A DNA stretch of 4,553 nt, from the IMG/VR virus record IMGVR_UViG_2531839239_000019. The stretch is one strand, 5' to 3'. Both the position numbers and the translations under genes were made by a program. This DNA comes from a virus. Lineage: Duplodnaviria; Heunggongvirae; Uroviricota; Caudoviricetes. Numbering within the stretch: the first letter of the stretch is position 1; the number at the start of each line of letters is the position of its first letter. The notes under the pieces are model-generated. The model saw nothing but the letters and a program-made list of their open reading frames with translations. It did no database searches and was not told where the DNA came from. Of the stretch, positions 1 to 4,553 are shown in pieces.

Positions 1-204
1 TATGTTTTTTATAATTTTATTTTATTAAATTTAAATGCATTAGTAATGGCTATTCTATATAGCAATATAAGAACTGTTACAAAAAAAGGGGGGGCAATTA
101 CAGGTAGTTATGGATGATGAGTGAAACAGATATTGGAGAACCGGGGAATGAATGATGTCTGAGTCTTATATATCAGAACTCCTTCGCTGTCGCTGGGGGC
201 TCCT

Positions 205-978
205 GTGCTTATGTCGTTTCCCCGATTCGGTTTTGAACGATTACCGAATGTTGAAGAATTATGCCAAAATATAGAAAGGATTTACTGCATGAATACCCAA
301 TATTTACAGTATGTTCGTGAGCAACTTATGGCAGCTACTGCTGACTTGAACGGAGCAACGAAAGGCCAGCTCGAAGCCTGGCAGGAGCATGCACAATTTG
401 ATACTGGTACATACAAACGAAAGAAGCCGCGCATTCTGGATGAGGTAACTGGCAGGATGATTACGCTGGATAATCCGCCGATTTCCGGTAAGCAGTCGTA
501 CGCAAAAGGTTCATCCATTGCACTGGTCAGCCAGGTTGAGTTCTCAACCTCGTCATGGCGCCGCGCGGTTCTGTCTCTCGAAGAACATCAGAAAGCGTGG
601 TTGCTGTGGAGTTACAGCGAAAGTGTTCGCTGGGAACATCAGGTCACCATAACGCAGTGGGCATGGAGCGAGTTTAAGACTCTGTTGGGTACCAGGAAAA
701 TTGCAGGTAAGACACTGGAACGTTTGAAGAAGTTGATCTGGCTGGCGGCACAGGATGTGAAGAACGAGCTGGCAGGGCGTAAGACCTATGAATACCAGGA
801 GCTGGCATCACTGGTGGGAGTGACATCAAAAAACTGGTCTGAGACATTTACTGAACGCTGGGTTGCAATGAAACACATTTTTCTACAGCTTGATAGCCAA
901 GCTTTATTGCTTTTAACGAAAACACGTTCAAAACAAAAGACCACATTTTCACAGCAAGATATTGCAAAACTGGATTAA
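205..978 (+). CDS. Putative late-gene antiterminator (Q-like; not lambda-type Q)
   Basis: 257-aa ORF ending about 310 bp upstream of the holin, with terminator-like hairpins in between; this is the position Q occupies in lambdoid phages. The sequence does not resemble lambda Q as I recall it; the size fits the larger roughly 250-aa Q family (e.g. Qin QuuQ). The ORF opens with GTG at 205; the ATG at 211 (GGGGG at 195-199 upstream) is an alternative start. Assignment is positional plus size only. Confidence 0.5.
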   Translation: MLMSFPRFGFERLPNVEELCQNIERIYCMNTQYLQYVREQLMAATADLNGATKGQLEAWQEHAQFDTGTYKRKKPRILDEVTGRMITLDNPPISGKQSYAKGSSIALVSQVEFSTSSWRRAVLSLEEHQKAWLLWSYSESVRWEHQVTITQWAWSEFKTLLGTRKIAGKTLERLKKLIWLAAQDVKNELAGRKTYEYQELASLVGVTSKNWSETFTERWVAMKHIFLQLDSQALLLLTKTRSKQKTTFSQQDIAKLD

Positions 979-1045
979 AAATCATATATTTTATGTAAAT
1001 CTGATATTTTGCCAATGTTGTACGCACTGGCAGTAATCCAAATTC

Positions 1046-1080
1046 AAGCCCGAGGTTTAAAGCCTTGGGCTTTTCTGTTT
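1046..1080 (+). terminator. Hairpin plus U-rich tract (terminator-like element 1, Q-S intergenic)
   Basis: aagcccgagg (1046-1055) pairs with ccttgggctt (1063-1072), a 10-bp stem with one G-U pair and a 7-nt loop, followed by ttctgttt (1073-1080). Confidence 0.35.
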
Positions 1081-1159
1081 CTGAACGGTGAGTAGCCTTC
1101 CAACCTACCCCAGCCAGGGGGTCTTCAGCTGTTGAGTTGATATTGCTTAGCCCTCTGTT

Positions 1160-1185
1160 GCCAGCTACATGCTGGCTTTTTTATT
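1160..1185 (+). terminator. Intrinsic terminator, candidate tR' equivalent upstream of the lysis genes
   Basis: gccagc (1160-1165), loop tacat, gctggc (1171-1176), then a T6 run (1177-1182). GC-rich stem plus T-tract, about 105 bp upstream of the holin start, matching the lambdoid pR'-tR'-S layout. Confidence 0.55.
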
Positions 1186-1287
1186 CCAGGCTTGTGGGGA
1201 GCATCAACTCCGTGCTTTGTCGTTAAATTACCCCGTGAGCCTGATTTCTGACATTTAACGTCCCGGCCTTTTGTCGGCGGCGAAACA

Positions 1288-1605
1288 TTGGCTATTCATA
1301 TGCACGAAAAAGAGAGCCTTGCCGGAGCGTTCTGGCTCGTTTTGCTGATCATCGCAGGTTGGGGCGGTCTGGTCCGCTACCTGATAGATGTGAAGCAGAG
1401 TAAAGCAACGTGGAGTTGGATAAATGCTCTGGCTCAAATAGTGGTATCAGGATTCACCGGTGTTATTGGTGGCCTGATCAGCATCGAAAGTGGATTCAGT
1501 ATTTACATGATTCTCGCGACAGCGGGGATTAGTGGTGCGATGGGTTCGGTTGCACTGACGTACTTCTGGGAACGACTGACAGGGGTGAAAAATGCAAAAT
1601 CTTAA
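1288..1605 (+). CDS. Holin (class I-like, three predicted transmembrane segments)
   Basis: 101-105 aa with three hydrophobic stretches (about residues 11-29, 43-65, 69-94) and a charged C-terminal tail ([11 protein letters not shown]). Its 3' end overlaps the endolysin start by 14 nt. The ORF begins at TTG 1288; an ATG lies at 1300. Not lambda S by sequence, as far as I can recall. Confidence 0.75.
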   Translation: MAIHMHEKESLAGAFWLVLLIIAGWGGLVRYLIDVKQSKATWSWINALAQIVVSGFTGVIGGLISIESGFSIYMILATAGISGAMGSVALTYFWERLTGVKNAKS

Positions 1606-2068
1606 TCCTCAGCGTAAAGCCTTCCTCGATATGTTGGCGTGGTCAGAAGGAACGGATAACGGGCGACAACCGACACGTAACCACGGTTATGATGTTATTG
1701 TTGGCGGCGAACTGTTTACTGATTACTCCGATCACCCTCGCAAACTTGTCACGCTACACCCCAAACTCAAATCAACAGCCGCCGGACGTTATCAGCTTCT
1801 TTCACGCTGGTGGGATGCTTACCGTAAACAGCTTGGTTTGAAAGACTTCTCCCCCAAAAGCCAGGACGCAGTGGCATTGCAGCAGATTAAAGAGCGTGGT
1901 GCTTTACCTATGATTGATCGCGGTGATATCCGTCAGGCAATCGACCGTTGCAGTAATATCTGGGCTTCACTGCCGGGCGCTGGTTATGGTCAGTTCGAGC
2001 ATAAGGCTGACAGCCTGATTGCAAAATTCAAAGAAGCTGGCGGAACGGTCAGAGAGAGTGAGGTATGA
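1592..2068 (+). CDS. R: Endolysin, lambda R-type lytic transglycosylase
   Basis: 158 aa. The translation (…[20 protein letters not shown]…[24 protein letters not shown]…) matches lambda R as I remember it almost throughout, apart from the first few residues. SD AGGGGTG at 1581-1587; start overlaps the holin stop. Confidence 0.93.
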   Translation: MQNLNPQRKAFLDMLAWSEGTDNGRQPTRNHGYDVIVGGELFTDYSDHPRKLVTLHPKLKSTAAGRYQLLSRWWDAYRKQLGLKDFSPKSQDAVALQQIKERGALPMIDRGDIRQAIDRCSNIWASLPGAGYGQFEHKADSLIAKFKEAGGTVRESEV

Positions 2069-2526
2069 GCAGAATAACCGCGATTATCTCCGCTCTGCTC
2101 ATCTGCATCATCGTCTGCCTGTCATGGGCTGTTAATCATTACCGTGATAACGCCATTACCTACAAAGCCCAGCGCGACAAAAATGCCAGAGAACTGAAGC
2201 TGGCGAACGTGGCAATTACTGACATGCAGATGCGTCAGCGTGATGTTGCTGCGCTCGATGCAAAATACACGAAGGAGTTAGCTGATGCGAAAGCTGAAAA
2301 TGATGCTCTGCATGATGATGTTGCCGCTGGTCGTCGTCGGTTGCACATCAAAGCAGTCTGTCAGTCAGTGCGTGAAGCCACCACCGCCTCCGGCGTGGAT
2401 AATGCAGCCTCCCCCCGACTGGCAGACACCGCTGAACGGGATTATTTCACCCTCAGAGAGAGGCTGATCACTATGCAAAAACAACTGGAAGGAACCCAGA
2501 AGTATATTAATGAGCAGTGCAGATAG
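2065..2526 (+). CDS. Rz: Rz, inner-membrane spanin subunit (i-spanin)
   Basis: 153 aa with an N-terminal TM segment ([20 protein letters not shown]) and a coiled-coil-like periplasmic part. ATGA start/stop overlap with R (2065-2068). Near-identical to lambda Rz as recalled. Confidence 0.93.
   Translation: MSRITAIISALLICIIVCLSWAVNHYRDNAITYKAQRDKNARELKLANVAITDMQMRQRDVAALDAKYTKELADAKAENDALHDDVAAGRRRLHIKAVCQSVREATTASGVDNAASPRLADTAERDYFTLRERLITMQKQLEGTQKYINEQCR
2285..2467 (+). CDS. Rz1: Rz1, outer-membrane lipoprotein spanin subunit (o-spanin), embedded in Rz in the +1 frame
   Basis: 60 aa with a signal peptide and lipobox (LVVVGC) followed by a proline-rich mature part ([15 protein letters not shown]). 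Strong SD AAGGAG 8 nt upstream of the ATG. Lies entirely inside Rz in a different frame, as in lambda. Confidence 0.9.
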   Translation: MRKLKMMLCMMMLPLVVVGCTSKQSVSQCVKPPPPPAWIMQPPPDWQTPLNGIISPSERG

Positions 2527-2550
2527 AGCTGCCCATATCGATGGGCAGCT
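2527..2550. terminator. Hairpin between the convergent Rz and bor genes (possible bidirectional terminator)
   Basis: agctgcccat (2527-2536), loop atcg, atgggcagct (2541-2550): a perfect 10-bp stem sitting exactly between the Rz stop (2526) and the bor stop (2558). No clean T-tract on either side, so a terminator function is uncertain. Confidence 0.4.
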
Positions 2551-2557
2551 CATGCAA

Positions 2558-2851
2558 TTATTGTGAGCAATACACACGCGCTTCCAGCGGAGTATAAATG
2601 CCTAAAGTAATAAAACCGAGCAATCCATTTACGAATGTTTGCTGGGTTTCTGTTTTAACAACATTTTCTGTGCCGCCACAAATTTTGGCTGCATCGACAG
2701 TTTTCTTCTGCCCAATTCCAGAGACGAAGAAATGGTGGGTGATGGTTTCCTTTGGTGTTACTGCTGCCGGTTTGTTTTGAACAGTAAACGTCTGTTGGGC
2801 ACATCCTGTAATAAGCAGGGCCAGCGCAGTAGCGAGTAGCATTTTTTTCAT
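2558..2851 (-). CDS. bor: Bor outer-membrane lipoprotein (serum-resistance moron)
   Basis: 97 aa starting MKKMLLATALALLITGC with lipobox LITGC. Matches lambda Bor as recalled almost residue for residue. Encoded opposite to the lysis genes. Confidence 0.93.
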   Translation of the reverse strand: MKKMLLATALALLITGCAQQTFTVQNKPAAVTPKETITHHFFVSGIGQKKTVDAAKICGGTENVVKTETQQTFVNGLLGFITLGIYTPLEARVYCSQ

Positions 2852-2984
2852 GGTGTTATTCCCGATGCTTTTTAAAGTTCGCAGAATCGTATGTGTAGAA
2901 AATTAAACAAACCCTAAACAATGAGTTGAAATCTCATATTGTTAATATTTATTAATGTATGTCAGATGCGAAGGATCGTCACTG

Positions 2985-3050
2985 TATTCCCGGATTAACT
3001 ATGTCCGCAGCCCTGACAGGGAAACTCCTCTGCGGGAGTGTCCGGGAATA
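2985..3050. repeat. Nested inverted repeat (potential large stem-loop or protein-binding site) upstream of bor and downstream of the ybcV-like gene
   Basis: Outer arms tattcccgga (2985-2994) and tccgggaata (3041-3050) are a perfect 10-bp inverted repeat; inner arms ccgcag (3005-3010) and ctgcgg (3030-3035); innermost ccctg/caggg (3011-3021). Confidence 0.5.
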
Positions 3051-3142
3051 ATTAATAACGATGCACACAGGGTTTAGCGCGTACACGTATTGCATTATGC
3101 CAACGCCCCGGTGCTGACACGGAAGAAACCGGACGTGATGAT

Positions 3143-3553
3143 TTAGCGTGGAAAGATTTGTGTAGTGTTCTGAATGCTCTCAGTAAATAGTAATGAATTA
3201 TCAAAGGCATAGTAATATCTTTTATGTTCGTGGATATTTGTAACCCATCGGAAAACTCCTGCTTTAGCAAGATTTTCCCTGTATTGCTGAAATGTGATTT
3301 CTCTTGATTTCAACCTATCATAGGACGTTTCTATAAGATGCGTATTTCTTGAGAATTTAACATTCACAACCTTTTTAAGTCCTTTTATTAACACAGTGTT
3401 ATCGTTTTCTAACACAATGTGAATATTATCTGTGGCTAGATAGTAAATATAATGTGAGACATTGTGACGTTTTAGTTCAGAATAAAACAATTCACAGTTT
3501 AAATCTTTTCGCACTTGATCGAATATTTCTTTAAAAATGGCAACCTGAGCCAT
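3143..3553 (-). CDS. ybcV: Uncharacterised DUF1398-family protein (YbcV / lambda p78-like), AT-rich moron
   Basis: The ORF track gives 3143..3676 (177 aa) from a TTG start. I prefer the internal ATG at 3553 ([11 protein letters not shown]…, 136 aa) because it has an SD GGAAGG 8 nt upstream and matches the 136-aa length I recall for E. coli YbcV. About 31% GC versus about 48% in the lysis genes. Confidence 0.7.
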   Translation of the reverse strand: MAQVAIFKEIFDQVRKDLNCELFYSELKRHNVSHYIYYLATDNIHIVLENDNTVLIKGLKKVVNVKFSRNTHLIETSYDRLKSREITFQQYRENLAKAGVFRWVTNIHEHKRYYYAFDNSLLFTESIQNTTQIFPR

Positions 3554-3838
3554 TGGTAAAACCTTCCATGTGATACGAGGGCGCGTAGTTTGCATTATCG
3601 TTTTTATCGTTTCAATCTGGTCTGACCTCTTTGTGTTTTGTTGATGATTTATGTCAAATATTAGGAATGTTTTCAATTAATAGTATTGGTTGCGTAACAA
3701 AGTGCGGTCCTGCTGGCATTCTGGAGGGAAATACAACCGACAGATGTATGTAAGGCCAACGTGCTCAAATCTTCATACAGAAAGATTTGAAGTAATATTT
3801 TAACCGCTAGATGAAGAGCAAGCGCATGGAGCGACAAA
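3554..3838. promoter_or_regulatory. Divergent intergenic region between the ybcV-like and ybcW-like genes (putative divergent promoters)
   Basis: 285-bp AT-rich spacer between divergently oriented genes. Contains a tandem tatcgttt repeat (about 3596-3612), a TTGACA hexamer on the minus strand (3653-3658) and a TAATAT hexamer on the plus strand (3793-3798). I could not assemble a convincing -35/-10 pair with correct spacing, so promoters are not located. Confidence 0.3.
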
Positions 3839-4045
3839 ATGAATAAAGAACAATCTGCTGATGATCCCTCCGTGGATCTGATTCGTGTAAAAAATATGCT
3901 TAATAGCACCATTTCTATGAGTTACCCTGATGTTGTAATTGCATGTATAGAACATAAGGTGTCTCTGGAAGCATTCAGGGCAATTGAGGCAGCGTTGGTG
4001 AAGCACGATAATAATATGAAGGATTATTCCCTGGTGGTTGACTGA
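3839..4045 (+). CDS. ybcW: Small uncharacterised protein (YbcW / lambda p79-like)
   Basis: 68 aa, [20 protein letters not shown]…; SD GGAG at 3828-3831, 7 nt before the ATG. Length and sequence fit the DLP12 YbcW protein as I recall it. Divergent from the ybcV-like gene. Confidence 0.7.
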
Positions 4046-4081
4046 TCACCATAACTGCTAATCATTCAAACTACTTAACCT

Positions 4082-4116
4082 GTGACAGAGCCAACACGCA
4101 GTCTGTCACTGTCAGG
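4082..4116. repeat. Inverted repeat / hairpin between the convergent ybcW-like and ylcI-like genes
   Basis: gtgacag (4082-4088) pairs with ctgtcac (4103-4109) around a 14-nt loop; the right arm continues as a tgtcac/tgtcag direct repeat (to 4116). No T-tract follows on either strand. Confidence 0.35.
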
Positions 4117-4209
4117 AAAGTGGTAAAACTGCAACTCAATTACTGCAATGCCCTCGTAATTAAGTGAATTTACAATATCGTCCTGTTCGGAGGGAAGAAC
4201 GCGGGATGT

Positions 4210-4404
4210 TCATTCTTCATCACTTTTAATTGATGTATATGCTCTCTTTTCTGACGTTAGCCTCCGACGGCAGGCTTCAATGACCCAGGCTGAGAAATTT
4301 CCGGACCCTTTTTGATCAAGAGCGATGTTAATTTGTTCAATCATTTGGTTAGGAAAGCGGATGTTGCGGGTTGTTGTTCTGCGGGTTCTGTTCTTCGTTG
4401 ACAT
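4210..4404 (-). CDS. ylcI: Small ribbon-helix-helix-like DNA-binding protein (YlcI / DUF3950-like)
   Basis: 64 aa with a basic N-terminus (MSTKNRTRRTTTRNIRF) followed by a pattern that looks like a beta-strand and two helices (IRFPNQMIEQINIALDQKGSGNFSAWVIEACRRRL), typical of Arc/CopG/MetJ-type RHH proteins. ATG at 4404 with GGGG about 9 nt upstream. Fold assignment is from sequence pattern only. Confidence 0.65.
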   Translation of the reverse strand: MSTKNRTRRTTTRNIRFPNQMIEQINIALDQKGSGNFSAWVIEACRRRLTSEKRAYTSIKSDEE

Positions 4405-4553
4405 GAGGTTGCCCCGTATTCAGTGTCGCTGATTTGTATTGTCTGAAGTTGTTTTTACGTTAAGTTGATGCGGATCAATTAATACGATACCTGCGTCATA
4501 ATTGATTATTTGACGTGGTTTGATGGCGTAGATGCACGTTGTGACATGTAGAT

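Noticed and set aside
282-518. 78-aa ORF on the minus strand inside the Q-like gene
   Set aside because: Fully antisense to a longer, better-supported ORF; no SD noted; typical shadow ORF.
1255-1437. 60-aa ORF on the minus strand overlapping the holin start
   Set aside because: Antisense to the holin and would run into the terminator region; no supporting signals.
2365-2577. 70-aa ORF on the minus strand overlapping Rz/Rz1
   Set aside because: Antisense to two well-supported overlapping genes; glycine/cysteine-rich translation looks like a frame artefact of the proline-rich Rz1 region.
2598-2839. Two plus-strand ORFs (2598-2780 and 2639-2839, 60 and 66 aa) overlapping bor
   Set aside because: Both are antisense to bor, which has a clear lipoprotein signal and a strong match to a known protein; shadow ORFs.
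3107-3132. Short ccgg…ccgg inverted repeat just downstream of the ybcV-like stop
   Set aside because: Only a 4-bp stem with a 17-nt loop and no T-tract; too weak to call a terminator.
3052-3270. 72-aa minus-strand ORF overlapping the 3' end of the ybcV-like gene
   Set aside because: Overlaps the ybcV-like coding region in another frame and extends into the nested inverted-repeat region; no SD; likely spurious.
3554-3838. Specific sigma70 promoter calls for the ybcV-like and ybcW-like genes
   Set aside because: Isolated hexamers exist (a TTGACA on the minus strand at 3653-3658, a TAATAT on the plus strand at 3793-3798) but I could not pair either with a partner at 16-18 bp spacing, so I report the region as putative regulatory only.
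3673-4006. Minus-strand ORFs 3673-3912 (79 aa) and 3800-4006 (68 aa)
   Set aside because: Antisense to the ybcW-like gene and the divergent promoter region; the ybcW-like ORF has a proper SD and a length matching a known protein.
1-4553. CRISPR array, tRNA/rRNA, IS element or integrase
   Set aside because: No regularly spaced direct repeats, no tRNA-like cloverleaf candidates I could identify, no terminal inverted repeats flanking a transposase-sized ORF, and no integrase-like ORF in the window.

Overview
This window reads as the late-gene end of a lambdoid phage or prophage from an enterobacterium (E. coli-like). Left to right: a 257-aa ORF in the position of the late antiterminator Q (not lambda-type Q); a roughly 310-bp intergenic region with two hairpin plus T-tract terminator-like structures (expected site of the late promoter and tR'); a tightly coupled lysis cassette of a three-TMD holin, a lambda R-type endolysin, and Rz with Rz1 embedded in the +1 frame; the Bor lipoprotein moron on the minus strand; a conspicuously AT-rich (about 31% GC) divergent pair of small uncharacterised genes resembling DLP12 ybcV (DUF1398) and ybcW; and a small ribbon-helix-helix-like gene resembling ylcI on the minus strand. 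The 3' end of the window appears to approach the phage cos region. R, Rz, Rz1 and bor match my recollection of phage lambda closely, whereas the Q-like and holin proteins do not, so the region looks mosaic. I see no tRNA, rRNA, CRISPR array, IS element or integrase. I do not find a clearly novel multi-gene system; the most open questions are the AT-rich ybcV/ybcW-like module, the solitary RHH gene near cos, and several structured intergenic elements. All homology statements come from memory of protein families and reading the ORF translations, not from database searches.
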